Assembly: GCF_006345805.1 (NCBI RefSeq)
Contig: NC_043009.1
Span: 27,466,001-27,530,000, forward strand
Length of the DNA stretch: 64,000 bases
DNA from: Octopus sinensis
Lineage: Eukaryota
Direction of reading: 5' to 3'
Shown: in pieces, positions 1-13,742 of the stretch
Layout: every line of letters starts with the position of its first letter
How positions within the stretch are numbered: the first letter of the stretch is position 1
The notes under the pieces: generated by a model
What the model saw: the letters and a program-made list of their open reading frames with translations, nothing else
Databases searched by the model: none
Told to the model about the DNA's origin: nothing
Made by a program: the position numbers and the translations under genes

Positions 1-206
1 TATACTCTATATCTTGTATTCAGTACTTTGTCTCCTAGTTTATAAAAAAAAGTATTTATACATGTATGGGTATGTATGTATGTTTGTTTGTGTGTGTGTG
101 TGTGTGTGTGCGTGCATGCGTGTGTGTGTGTATGCATGACATCAACTTTAAATTCCTGTCAATTAATAGCAAAGAAAAGACTAACACTTCCTCAAACACA
201 CACATG

Positions 207-247
<41 letters not shown>

Positions 248-458
248 CCATACATATATTTAATGGTTGTGTTTTACACTCAACAATACCTTTTACATGC
301 ACACACACTCTGACATCACCCCACCCCAACACATATATAGTAATTACCTTAAGTTGTAATGTACAAGATGTTGTACACATGCATAAACATATGAATTTCT
401 GTGTGTATACACACACACAAATGCATATATATATTTATACATGTATATACACATATCA

Positions 459-499
<41 letters not shown>

Positions 500-664
500 T
501 AAGCAGAGTTAGTGGTTGGAATAACCGTCTAAGGAATAAGAATATCCCTTTAACTACCGGTATAAAATACCTATGTTAACCCTGGGCATGGATATGCAAG
601 CATACTATGCTCATAGGATACAGGTATAAACAGAATAAACAAAAATTATCAAAAATCAAATTTA

Positions 665-808
665 AAATATGCAGAAAATGGAGGAAAGTTTTGATCAATA
701 AACAAATTGACTAACATCGGTTAATTATTTTTTAATACTAAAAAATAATTAACCAGTGTTGGACAATTTGTTTGTTGATCAAAAATTTTCTCCATTTTCT
801 GCTTATTT
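665..808. repeat. Fold-back inverted repeat, about 69-bp arms, 4-6 nt loop
   Basis: 665-733 versus the reverse complement of 740-808: 8 differences by manual alignment. Confidence 0.9.
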
Positions 809-1222
809 ATATACATATACACACACATATATATATGCATATACATATATGTATGCATACACAGATGCTTACACATGTATATAAATATATATGTATTATA
901 TATATTTATATATGTAGGCATTTATTGTTGAATCTAAACTTTATATATTTTTGAGATATTATAACTGATTATGACTTACATGTATGACAGAGTCTTAACA
1001 CTAAAATATGAAGTCTTCATCCCTTTTATTTGAATTTCCAAACACAGCAATTAATGTCAGGTAATAAATAAACAGAAGGTTATTTGTTATTTTTGTTTTG
1101 CAGTATACGAGGTGTTAAAGGAAACTTAAAACAAAAGGAGATATTTGAAATTCAAACATTGTTGAAAGTAGGCTGGAAGAAATGACGGGGCTGGTTGACA
1201 AACGTTTGGCACTGATAACATT

Positions 1223-1402
1223 GACACAGGTATGGCTGTGTGGTAAGAAGTTTGCTTCCCAGCCACGCGGTTCTGGGTTCAGTCCCACTGCGTGGCACTT
1301 TGGGCAAGTGTCTTCTACTATAGCACTGGGTCAACCAAAGGCTTGTGAATAGATTTGGTAGATGGAAACTGAACGAAATGTATGTGTGTACATGTGTGTG
1401 TG

Positions 1403-1434
<32 letters not shown>

Positions 1435-1690
1435 CGTGTGTGTGTGTGTATGTGTGCGTGTGTGTGTATGTGTGTGTGTTTGTGTGTGTGTGTGTTTGTT
1501 CCCCACCACTGCTTGATAACCAGTGTTGGTGTGTTTACATACCAGCAACTTAGCAATTGAGAAAAAGGGATCGATAGAATAAGTAATAGGTTTAACAAAG
1601 AGAAACAAGTTCTGGGGCTGATGTGTATGACTAAAATTCTTCAAGGCAGTCCCCCTGCATGGTAAGGATCTAATGAATGAAATAAATAAA
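1223..1690 (+). mobile_element. tRNA-derived SINE family A (internal microsatellite)
   Basis: A-box-like TGGCTGTGTGG and B-box-like GGTTCAGTCCC head; internal (TG)n; homologous to copies at 3175, 29903 and 55063. Confidence 0.85.
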
Positions 1691-1974
1691 TGATTAAAAA
1701 AAAGGATATATATCTAACACGGCCACTTCTATGATACTTAGATATATTTAAAAGAGTGGCAACAATAAGATGATAATTTTATTTTCAAACGCATAAACGC
1801 TGATGGAACAGCAGAGATTGGATAAGATATCCATACAAAGTGGAAAAATTTGTCAGCAACCAGCCGTGAACTATCGTAGTAAATTTTAAAAAGTTGTATT
1901 ACATTATGTAATCTCTCTTTCTAGCTCTAATCCATTTCTTTATTACCCACAGGGAGAGTGGGGGGCTAAATATA

Positions 1975-2170
1975 GAGGGGAAAGCAAGGACAGACAAAGG
2001 GATTAAGTCGATTACATCGACCCCAGCGCATAACTGGTACTTATTTAATCGACCCTGAAAGGATGAAAGGCAAAGTTGCCCTTGTGGAATTTGAACTCAG
2101 AATGTAATGGCAGAGGAAATACCACTAAGCATTTTGCCCGGTGTGTTAACGATTCTGCCAGCTCACTGCC
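1975..2170 (-). mobile_element. CORE-like SINE family D
   Basis: atcgaccctgaaaggatgaaaggcaaagt...atttgaactcagaa (reverse of the cctttcatcctttcggggtcgataaa CORE-like block). Confidence 0.8.
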
Positions 2171-2399
2171 CTAGCTCTAATTTCTAATTTCTAGCTCTAA
2201 TCTGGTTACTCTTTCCATGCTTTAATAAAGTGATTAAACATTTATCTTATTTACAGCAAAAAACCCTATTCCATTCTGGCCCCTTTTTTTCAATCTTTAA
2301 TCTTTCATCCCTCTCTCTTTCTGTGTTAGTCTCAATCAATCAAAATAGATCTTAATTTTGTGCTAGCTACATGATGACCTCATTAGTATTGATGCCACA

Positions 2400-2600
2400 A
2401 AAAACTGCATCCAGTGCTCGCCATAAAGGGGTTTGCTTTAGGAAGGGCATCCAACTGTAGAAACTATGTCAAAGAAGACACTGGAACGGGATACAACCTC
2501 TTGGATCTGTTGGAGCTTGTCAGATCGTCGAACCCATGCTTGCACAGAAGATGTGCGTTAAAAGATGGGGATTATGATGATGTGGATGACAGCAATGATG
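2400..2600 (+). mobile_element. RTE 3'UTR-like repeat
   Basis: taggaagggcatccaactgtagaaac... ending in (GAT)n. Confidence 0.7.
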
Positions 2601-3118
2601 ATGATGACAATAAACTGTAAATAATAAGTAATAAATATGTCCAGTTATTTGTACACACACACATACACACACATGAATTGTAACTGGCACTACCATAAAA
2701 GCCTGTTATAGAGTGGAGCCCCTTTCAGGGACCCAAGGAGTCTTGTGGTTGTATTAAACTGAGTAATGATTTAAGTTTACAGCCTATATGGCCATGGTAG
2801 GATTTGAACACAGGCTGCAAAAAGCATAATAGACAATGCAAAGCATCCATTCCAGCATTCTCTGACTGTCCATTGCCTTTGATTGGGACTTTAAATGTAT
2901 TTAATATTCTATATAAGCATGGAATGCTCCCATACAGTGCTCGGAGATTCCCATTGAGCCACGGATATGAAGTTATCTGATTTCTAATCATTATTCAATG
3001 CAAGTGCCAACATTCACCAGCTGACATGGGAAGCCATTACATGCAAATTTTCCTCCAAAGCCTTCACACAACAGCTGATGAATGCTGACATGTACTACGA
3101 ATACCAACTATAAATTGG

Positions 3119-3154
<36 letters not shown>

Positions 3155-3174
3155 ATACATACATACACACATAC

Positions 3175-3457
3175 ATTCTTTTATTTGTTTCAGTCATTTG
3201 ATTGTGGCCATGCTGGAGCACTGCCTTCAGTTAAACAAATTGACCCCAAGACTTATTCTTTGTAAGCCTAGTACTTATTCCATCATTTCCTTTCACCGAA
3301 CTGCTAGGTTACAGGGTCATAAACACACCGATATCGGTTGTCAAGCAATGGTGGTGGTGGAGCAAACACAGACACATAAACACACATACACACACGCATG
3401 TGTATATAATATATTATGTATGTAATATATGTATACATATATTTATATATCTATATA

Positions 3458-3504
<47 letters not shown>

Positions 3505-3667
3505 TATACAATAGGCTTCTTTCAGTTTCTGTCTACTAAATCGACTCTCAAGGCTTTGGTTGGCCCAAAGCTAGTAGAAGACACTTGCCCAAACTGCCAT
3601 ACAGTGGGACTGAACCCATAACCATGTTGTTGGGAAGCAAGTTTCCTACCACACAGTCATGCCTGCA
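3175..3667 (-). mobile_element. SINE family A
   Basis: Reverse complement of the same head (gtgggactgaaccc...ccacacagtc), internal (TA)n and tail. Confidence 0.85.
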
Positions 3668-4214
3668 TCTGAGTATACATATGCACAAAATTCAAACCAG
3701 TGGCTTGCAGGGAAACTCTTAGTACTAATTGTGAGTGTTCCATGTTTATATATTAAAAGTATTCCACTGTTTCTTGTGTTGTTACACATCCGGTTTACTG
3801 TTATATATATGTATATATATGCATGTGTGTGTATATGATATAGATATGTGTGTATATGCATGAATGCGTGTGTGCATATTTCTATAAAGAAAAATAATAA
3901 TAACAAATATGATGTTTTATGTCGTTAACGAAAGGACCCTTGTGCTCTTGATCATATTTTAATTAAATAAATTATTTGGATTTTATTTTAATAAACATAA
4001 TCTAATTAAATTTGATATTATATTGATGCTAACTTTTATACCTCTTTCAGATATTTTATCTAATCATACCATAGTCAAGAATTTAATCCTCATTAGCATA
4101 ATCACAAACGGTACACATTCATACCAGAGGTTGTACACAATCTATTTGGATGTTGAAATTTTCAGTCACATTTTAGCTTATTTTGTCTTCACTCCTACTA
4201 GAATTGGTATAAGG

Positions 4215-4540
4215 TAAGAACCCCCATTGGCCATGGGATTGCACCAAGAAAGTTACCTTCTGAGGCACAAGTCTGGCTAAGATTGTTTATGAAAGACCAG
4301 CAGTTGCCCATGCATACCAACATCCCCTGTCCATGCAACTGATGTTATCCAAAGGAAAAGCAAAGGCCGATACAGCTTGGCATCAGTGACGTTGCAACTC
4401 ATTTGTACAGCTAAGTGAATGGGAGCAATGTGAAATAAAGAGTCTTGCTCAAGAACACAACTCAGCCTGGTCCAAGAATCGAACACAACTACCTCATGAT
4501 TGTGAACCAGACATTCTAACCACTGAGCTATGTGCCATCA
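4215..4540 (-). mobile_element. SINE sharing the family C head/core with a different tail
   Basis: tgtgaaataaagagtcttgctcaagaacacaac core; tail gaccagcagttgcccatgcatacc shared with 53845-54180. Confidence 0.78.
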
Positions 4541-5529
4541 CTGGAATTGGTAAAATATATTGAAATATATAGCACTAATGACACAACTGTCCCTCCTCTC
4601 AAGGCCTCAAGGTTGCATAACTTCTCTTTCTCCAAATTCTAATCACTGATGTTGTCTTGTCTTGTAAAACAAGTTTGTACTTATTAGTTTCTTTCCTCAA
4701 ACATCTGTCTAATGGACTTCAGTTATTTCTCTTCATCTTATTAGATATAATCTGAATTCGTTTAAATCTTCTGTTGATCATTTAATAGTTTTCAAGTGTT
4801 GCTTCTCATGAGAATTTTTTGCTTTTATTATGTAACTCTTAATAAACTCGATGTTGTCTAAAGCTTGAGTTATCAATAGTTGCTTGCTGCCATGTTTGAG
4901 AGAGATTCTCAATATAAAAGAAAACATGGTTTATGTATTTTTTTATCCTTGCTGATGACATACAATACAGCAGTTTCCCTTTCTAATATATTTATATTTA
5001 ATGCTTCAATCATCTCAAAATATTTTTTTCAGAATTTGTTCTGCTTAAATTACAAAGCTTATGAAGGCAAATCGTTAGGCTCTTAGTCAATGTACATTTA
5101 TGTGTAGCTGCTGAAGAGTTCTTAATTGTTTTTGTTGATCGTAGGGTAGCTTCTATATTTTAAAGTACTGTCAGGATTAAGAATGGTGGATTATTCCAGA
5201 TTATAAGACTGATTTAACTGATTGTATACATCATCATTATAATCATTATCATTACCATTATCATTTTAATACCTATTTTTCCTTGCATGGGTCATATGAA
5301 AGTGTGTTGGGGTATATTCATTTAAGGCCAGATGCACCACCTGTTTCCAAGCAAAGTAATAATCTCCAAGACTATTGAACAACAAACAGCCTGAACATGT
5401 TTCAGTGGAAAACTGGAAACAAATAAGGCAATCCATCACTGTCAATGTTTACAAACAGCAAACATACATGAAGAGAAGGGGAGATATGAATACACTCACT
5501 CAGAGACACATATATACTCATATGATGCG

Positions 5530-5660
5530 ATTCTCCAAGTCCACTAACAAGGTTTTGGTCAACCAGGGGTTTTAATGAAAGACACTTGCCTGGGTTGGCC
5601 CACAGTGGCAATGAACCCATACCCATGTGACTGAGAAGTGAACTTCTTAACTACAGCCAT
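5530..5660 (-). mobile_element. SINE family A, 5' fragment
   Basis: ccactaacaaggttttggtc...gacacttgcc...cacagtggcaatgaaccc...ctacagcc. Confidence 0.7.
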
Positions 5661-8600
5661 CAAAATGTTAAATCAGTTTTTATTAGGGTTAATTTTTATC
5701 AAACTTCTTTTACTGAAGATTAATAATCTTTTTAATTGTTATTGAAAATTAAACAAAATTAATTGTGTAACATAACAGATAACAAATCACTTGTAAAGTG
5801 TTTCTTTTTCTAAAAATTTCAAGTAACTGAGATTGACAAAAGAATGCTCGAGAAATTTAAAATATTATTCTAAAGGGGAAAAGAGGGGAAACAAGAGAAT
5901 GGCTTTTGTTTTAAAGCAAATCTATAAAAAGAATCATCTGTATTCTCTGACCACATTTGAAAAAATAATTTTTGTAGCAATGCAAAATTTTATAATGAAT
6001 AGCAACTTATTGTATGATTCTGTTCCAATAAGATTAGCCTCTGCAAAAATAGAAGATCTATAGAAATTTGCTGTTTTAGTCAAAATTGAAATAAAACATA
6101 TAATTCAATCTTGCTTCAGAAACGCTATGACTAGGAATTATTCTGCCAGTTTCTTTTTATACCAGTTCCTGTCTTACTAATTTACCATTTTCTATTTCTC
6201 ATCCTATATTTAAGCGTGTGTATGTGTCTGTGTGTGTTTGCATCTCTCAGTATGTAAGTAGGCATAAATAAGAATATATATGTATATATATATATATATA
6301 TATACCTATACACATCTACAGACACACACACACAAAATAACAACAAATGGAAATTGGTTCATTCACTACAGCTGTTTCAAACGAATTTTTTTTATCGATG
6401 AATAGAGTTATTACATCATGCGAAAAAACCGTTTTCTTTTGGTGAATATACACCAATTCAACATCTTAAAAAAACATACCAAAGAACAATGTTATGTCAC
6501 TTCATGATTCCTGGCTAGCTTCAGCTAAAGAATCTGTACATTGGTGTGTCCTTTGGTACATACATATACGTTCCTCTAGTTTTGTTTTGGCACTTTACTA
6601 TTTAAGTACCTGAACCACTTGAATCCTGAACTCTTATATATATATATTGATATTTATACAATACAATATAATAGATACGTTTCATCCTATTTCACCAATC
6701 CCTTTCATACATGAAATTTGGGAAAAGCCTAATCCTGGCACTCATCAGAAGGGCTGGTAGAAAGGGCATGACATTATACATACTCATACATATATATATG
6801 TGTGCATCCCCATGTCAGCATAGTACATTGACATTAAAGGATGAGGATGATGACATACAAACATACTTATATACATACATGAATAAATCAAGCTTTTGGG
6901 CTGCACATGTGGCCATCTTCATGGGTAGGGGTATCTATGGTTGGTAAGGGTTCATGTGCTAGTGGGTGAGTGGATGACTCATACAGATGAATCCATTTAT
7001 GGAATCATAGAGGCTGTATCACAATTTTTAGTTTTGTGACTAGACATTTGTGAGAATTAGTTGAAAATTTGAATATTAAGTCCTAAAGATATTCAACAGA
7101 GAATGAAAGAGAAAGAGAGAGAGAAAATAAAGAGAAAAGAGAGAGAAAGGAAAAGAAAGTGAGAAATTGAGAGAAAAAGAGAGAGTGAAGCGAGAGAGAA
7201 TCAATTTCTTTGTACATAAGCCGACAATCAAAGGTGGATATAATTTTTGTGAGTTAAGTGTTTGACAGTATATATGAAAAGAAGTACTTCACACTTATTT
7301 AAAATGTCTTACTTTGAAGTTTTATCTAGAGTTGAAAAGCGAAATTAATCAAATGCTAATTATGATTTTACTTAAAAAAAACAAAACAACAAAAACAAAA
7401 ACAAAAAGCAAAAAACAAAAACCGATGAGGACCAACAATTTTCTAATCAGTAAATTTAATTTAAAAGTCAGTATTTCAAGAATACATTGGGACACCATAA
7501 CTTGTTAATGCCCACATAATAATTCGCTGCTTGTTTAGTGATTAGGGAATAGCTGAGTGATTGAACTGCTCATATTATTGATTGATATTATTGATATTTA
7601 ACATACCAACCTGGAAGAATGGATGACCAAGTAATAATACATAGTAGAGATCGAAATCAGAATATTAAACCATTGAAACATCACCTTCCTAATGTTTTAT
7701 GTTATGAGAGAGATTGAAAGCAGATTTCAGACTGAAAGCATTTCTTTTGAATTCTCATACATTTACAAAAACATAGACAACATAAATAAGGAGTTGCAGT
7801 GTTGCAGAAAATAATTTAGCATGCTGTTTAGTTCAAAGCAATGATAGTAAGGGACATCAAAGGTGATCCGAGAGAGAAAGAAATTCTTTTACATTACTTA
7901 TATGAGATATTACACTACATACAGAAGTTACACTAGGAAAGGTGTAAAATGATTCAATAGGTAGATTACACTATCAATTCTAAAGCTTTGGTAAAAAGGT
8001 AGGAAAAAAATGGAACCATCAGCCAGGAGAAAATATATAGAATCTATTGATGGTATTTTAGATATAGGAATTTGATTATATATTTGCTGAAATTAACATA
8101 GTTCAAGTACCAATTTCCAAGACAGATATGAATAACAAAACCACATTTACATAAAAATGTCTCTAACATTCTATGTTTGAGATTTTCTTTGTAATTTAAA
8201 AATAAAAAATAAAAGTCTGGGAAAAAAACAAAGAGTATTGAATTTACTAATCTATAAATGTAGATCAGAGATGAAATAGGCAACAAAGGAAATCAATCAC
8301 TCTGATACAACGAGTAAAACTAAAACTTGGAATTATTCTGTAATAATTTTTGCTGTTTTAGAAATTGTGTGAAACACTGAAACTTAAGTAAAATATTATA
8401 TGTATTGAGTTAGAATGATTACACACTTACTTAACACAAAGCAATTACAGCTGTGACTGAGTTTAATTTGTCAACCACAGAAGAAATTTTTCTATACTTT
8501 GACAGAAGTGAAGATAATTCCAGATGGTTTGAATAATATGAGGTATAATGTTTATCTAATATATATTTGTATGTATGCATGTGATTATGTGGGTATGTGA

Positions 8601-9709
8601 GTACGTTTGTGTGTGTGTATACATACATATGCACACAATATATATATGTACTACATTTCTGTTACTAGTGTGGTTCAATTACATATATACATATGTATAT
8701 ATATATATATCATCATCATCATCATCGTCATCATCATATATATATATATACATATATATACATATATATATATAGATAATATATATATATATGTGTGTGT
8801 GTGTGTATGTATAAGTATGCATATACAACTATAACCTATTTTTCTGTCTTCGATCACATTCTTTACATAGATGTATTCACATACGAAACACTGCAACTTT
8901 CAGTGCTGGCTCTGAATTCTATAGAAAATCTGTAGAGACAACTTAAAAATAATTGAACCACACAACTAACAGAAACGTAGCACAGTCTTGACTTATTCAC
9001 CTTTAATGTCCTTCTTAGTATATTACAGTTGCCAAACAAAATACAGTTTCCTTACCAGCAATTAATATGTATGTATTTATGTATATATATATATATGTAT
9101 ATATATACATATATATATATACATATATATACACATATATATACGTGTGTGTACGTGTACATATGTATGAATGCATGTATGTATGATGTATATATATGGA
9201 TGTATAAATGTATATATGTTGTTATGGAATATATGTATAGATTATTAGTCAGCGAGGTAGATTTAGGAAAATGCAAAAGGCATTAACTCTATACTAGGTT
9301 TTTATATGAACAAAGAGTGATTTGTGGGATTAGTTCAAAAGAGGAAGAAAGTGCTTACATCTGTCTATATATATAATACCAGCTAAAGAGCTGTAGAAAT
9401 ATTCTGTAGTACAATATAACATTGAGACAAAACACTACTTAAGGAACAAGTAATTAATATATATATATATATATATATAAATATAAAGTAATCTGAAAAA
9501 GCATGCATATATTCCCTCTCTGTCCTGTGTATATTTTGCTTCATGGCATTAACCTGAAGAATAATGTATTGCAACCAATTCCATAAACCTTGTGAGAAAT
9601 GTGAAAGATGACATTACAGAATTGTAAAGGAAAAATCATGACCTTGTGAACCTATCAACTTCTAACCTTTACTGTGGACAGTATTGAAGGAATGGTATGA
9701 TTTGATATG

Positions 9710-9758
<49 letters not shown>

Positions 9759-9769
9759 ATGTATGTATG

Positions 9770-9827
<58 letters not shown>

Positions 9828-9852
9828 CATACATACTTACATATATACATAC

Positions 9853-9892
<40 letters not shown>

Positions 9893-10539
9893 TGTGTGTG
9901 TGTGTGTATATATATGGGTGTGTGTGTGTGTATGTATTAGGAGACTTGGAAGACTTGGAATATATAATTTGCTTATAAAGCAATAGAGAAAAAAGTTTGT
10001 AAAATTAAAAAAAAACTGAGGAAGATGACACCGACAATGATGATGATGATGATGGTGATGGTGATGATAATGATGACAATGATGATGATGATGGTAATGA
10101 ATATGGTAATTAGCTTAGCAGCATTATCAATTCCAATTCTGATATTGACAGTGTTCTACAACAAAGATACATTTTAGATTAAATACAAAGAGATAAGGAT
10201 TATTTCCAACTTAATATCATTATTTTTTTATATTAAAACAATTTTCAGTAAGTAATTAATTTTATCTTTTCAAAAATGCTTTGCTGGATTAACAAATTTA
10301 CAAAAATCAAAAAAAAAAGAAAAGAAAAACAACCTAATGTTTGTATAAAATTTCTTTTATAAAGTAAAATGCAAGAGATAATGTCTCTATTGTCACATGG
10401 AAAATACCTATCCTAGTGAATAATTTTGTATTTCCTTATTTTAATGCTAGTGATACCTGTTATATAATGGGTAACTTTGAAATTATACTTTTGCCATCAT
10501 GGGTAATATAAGAAAATATGGCATACATATATATAGGGC

Positions 10540-10765
10540 ATTTGTGCTGGAGTCACATAAGAAACACTTATGTTGGTGCCACATGAAAAGTTCCCATGCT
10601 GGTGCTGTGTAAAAGCACCAAGTACACTCTGTAAAGTGGATGGCATTATGAAGGACATCCAGCCATAGAAACTGAGCCAAAACAGACAGTTGGAGCCTGG
10701 TGCAGCACTCTGGCTTGCCAGATCCTGTCAAACCGTCCAACCCACATCAGCATGGAAAACATGTG
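10540..10765 (+). mobile_element. RTE 3'UTR-like repeat
   Basis: aaaagcacc...gaaggacatccagccatagaaac...aaccgtccaacccac. Confidence 0.7.
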
Positions 10766-12129
10766 TGGGTCTCGCATTCTTTTACTCATTGCATGCTAGA
10801 AAGCCTAGCATGTGCCCATCAGCATCTCATATGTTAAATTTCTCTGTATCTCTTTTTTTATTTTTTCTTCCTATCTCTCTGGAGGAAGAATCAACTGACA
10901 AACAATTTGCTGGTTTTGTGCCTTCAGAGGTGTGTAAAGTAAGTGACACCTTACTTAAAAAAACAGCTATGAGCATCTGTTTACAAAGCAATGCCTTAGT
11001 AAATATATCCCCTTAACCTGTGCAAGCATGGAAAAATGGATGTAAACAAGAATGAATATATTAATAGCAAATATATTTTCGTGTAGAGGCACCAAATATG
11101 AGGATCACATATTTTTGAGATTACATTGCAACTGAGCAAAAATGCTCATCCCTTCTCTATTTTGATTTGTTGAAGATCTAAGAAGTTATGGACTACACTT
11201 TTCTTTCTTTGATATAATGAAATCTTCGTTGAATTCCACTCTCATTGGACATTTCAAATTACCATTATTCTATCATCATTCAGTTAAGCATGCAATGCTG
11301 TTTCATCTTGTTATGAACATTCTGTCACATTGTATAACCAAGCCATGGTTTTCGTGTATCATGGAATCAGAAAATCATGTATGTCATATTTTGGTAATTT
11401 TATACTTTGAAGGTGAATGCAGTTTTAATAAAGTTCCATGAAACCAATAATTTTGGATTCATCAGAAGAATGAGGAATCTATTTATGAGAAGACAAAGAT
11501 CATAGTCAGTTGTCAAACTATGAGATAATGTAGCTGAGACATTATTTTAGTGTTGAGATTATTATACCCTCGAAACTATGAGACAAAATGGTGAAGTCAC
11601 ACTGGAATATAATGACGTACATCACTCTGAAACAATATTAGAAGAACGTATCATTTTGTAATCTAATTTCAAATATGAAATTTGGTGGGATTCTTTGACA
11701 GCTATCTATAAAACATTGTGAGAGAGAAAGAGAGAGAGAGAGAGAATGAAAGAGAGTGAAGCCTGATACTCTATTATCCATATGACAATACATCATTAAA
11801 ACGAAACTGTGTGATGGTGAAGCATGGGGAGAAGACATGTGAAAATTATTAAATGATTAGAAAATTGTTTCTATTTTACTAAGTTCAAGTTTGAGATTTT
11901 GCATATATTCTTCATCACGGTTTCTCTCCACCCCCACACACTACTCTTTCCTTTATGAATTCTTCTAGAGAAACATTCCACCACATCCTGTGAGTATCTA
12001 AGTGATCAGAGAAGAGACAAACTGCACTACAATGACCCAGAAAAATCACCAACAACCAAATTCTGATTTGCTATAAAACCATATGAGATAACAGATTAAA
12101 TTTTATGTAATATCACTGTAAAACACTCT

Positions 12130-12495
12130 CAGCAGTGGCAGCGGAAGCAGCAGCGGTGGCAGCAGCAGTAGTAGCAACAGCAGCAGCAGCAGCAGCAAAA
12201 TCAGCATCAATAATAGTAGCAGCAGCAGCAGTAGCAGCAGCAGCAGTAGCAGCAGTTATATCAAAAATAGCAGTAGTGTATATTAATGGAATAGAGCAAA
12301 GTGTCTCTCAAAGTAGTTAATTGTCTATTATATCACTACAACATCAATAGTGATATCGGTGTAAATAATGGAACTTATAGTAGTAACATTAGTAGCGTTA
12401 ATACTAAGCATGCATTTAGTAGTAGTCGTAACAGTAGTGGCAGCAGCAGCTGCAGTAGTAACAGCAGCAGCAGCAGCAACAGCAGCAGCAGAAAC
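12130..12495. repeat. Imperfect (GCA/AGC/TAG)n trinucleotide tracts
   Basis: Directly visible. Confidence 0.85.
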
Positions 12496-12724
12496 CTAAT
12501 CGTAATTTAAGAAATTGTAGCAGAGAGATGTAATGGTAATATAATGGGAATCTTTGAAACAAAAGTCCATTCCAACACCAAAATATGGTGAGAATGGCTT
12601 CTCATAATAATGATGGTTCATACTAATAATTGTAAAAGATAGAGGTATGAAATGATAGCAGTAATAAAGATGATGGTAATGGAAGTAATCTTGAGATTGC
12701 AATAAGAGGCTACCATTTATTTTG

Positions 12725-13470
12725 TATACTGTTTGTAGTATTAGACAGTATGATGGTTACACTGTATAGTAATGGTATATTATAATGAGTATAGGCTATA
12801 GTATTAGTGTGCCATGTTTACAATAGACTGTAGTATTATGTGGTGTGATAGCTATAGACCAGGGGTTCTCAACCATTTTTTACCTACAGACTCCTTTGGT
12901 TATTACTCTATTCTGGTGGACCCCTATAGCCATTTGATTTTTAAAAATTCATTTTATAGAAACTTTTTTCAAGAAATTTCTATTTTGTTTTTCACACATC
13001 AACTTGTATAGATTTAACTATGTAAAATGTCAGAAAAAGAAACTTAGCTGTTTCTTGCAATACATACCAATAGGTATTTCTAAAGCGAAATGTTTTTCGG
13101 GGTCCCTTAAAATAGTAATATGGATCCTCAATTTACTATTTTGTTGATATGGACCCTGCCAAAATCTTATATGGACTCTTAGGGGCCATATGAATCTTGT
13201 TGAGAACCACTACTATAGACTGTAGCATTAGTGAGCATTGGTGACTATAGGCTGTGGTATTAGAGACCAATGGTGCTTATAGGCTGAAGAATAAGTGTGC
13301 TGTAATGGCTATAGGCTATAGGATTTGTGTGCTTTATTGGTGATAGGCTGTAGTAATAATGTGCAATGATGGTTATAGGCTATAGTATCATATGATATGA
13401 TAGCTATAGGCCATAGTATTATTGTGCAGTGGTGGCTGTAGGGTGTAGTATTTAGACACTATGGAGATTA
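12725..13470. repeat. Degenerate 32-bp minisatellite (consensus about CTATAGGCTGTAGTATTAGTGTGCAATGGTGG), about 12 units, split by a hAT MITE
   Basis: Unit starts at 12789, 12821, 12852 | 13213, 13245, 13277, 13309, 13341, 13373, 13404, 13436 (31-32 bp spacing). Confidence 0.85.
12860..13212. mobile_element. hAT-type MITE, 353 bp, 8-bp TSD CTATAGAC
   Basis: TIRs CAGGGGTTCTCAAC / GTTGAGAACCACTA; exact 8-bp direct repeat CTATAGAC at 12852-12859 and 13213-13220. Confidence 0.88.
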
Positions 13471-13598
13471 GAGTGCAGTGACAAGATCAGAGCATGCAAT
13501 TTTAAAAGTTAAACCTTTATAATTCAAGCAGGGTACACCATGTATCAATATATGGACCTCTTTTCCAGATTTATTTGCATTCACTTATACATACAAAC

Positions 13599-13665
<67 letters not shown>

Positions 13666-13698
13666 ATATGTGTATATATGTATATATACAGACACACA

Positions 13699-13742
<44 letters not shown>

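Noticed and set aside
4202-4213. Plus-strand 12-nt microexon pattern (ctactag|aattggtataag|gtaaga)
   Set aside because: The donor is supplied by the tail of the adjacent minus-strand SINE, and it is on the opposite strand to the supported gene.
10885-10938. Plus-strand 54-nt exon pattern (EESTDKQFAGFVPSEVCK|gtaagt)
   Set aside because: The acceptor is the rare GAG, no partner exons were found, and it is on the opposite strand; not excluded without RNA-seq.
12135-12510. Poly-Ala / poly-Ser ORFs
   Set aside because: Trinucleotide repeat tracts without splice signals or complex flanking coding sequence.
12725-13470. CRISPR-like regular spacing
   Set aside because: Contiguous degenerate units without unique spacers, no cas genes, eukaryotic context.
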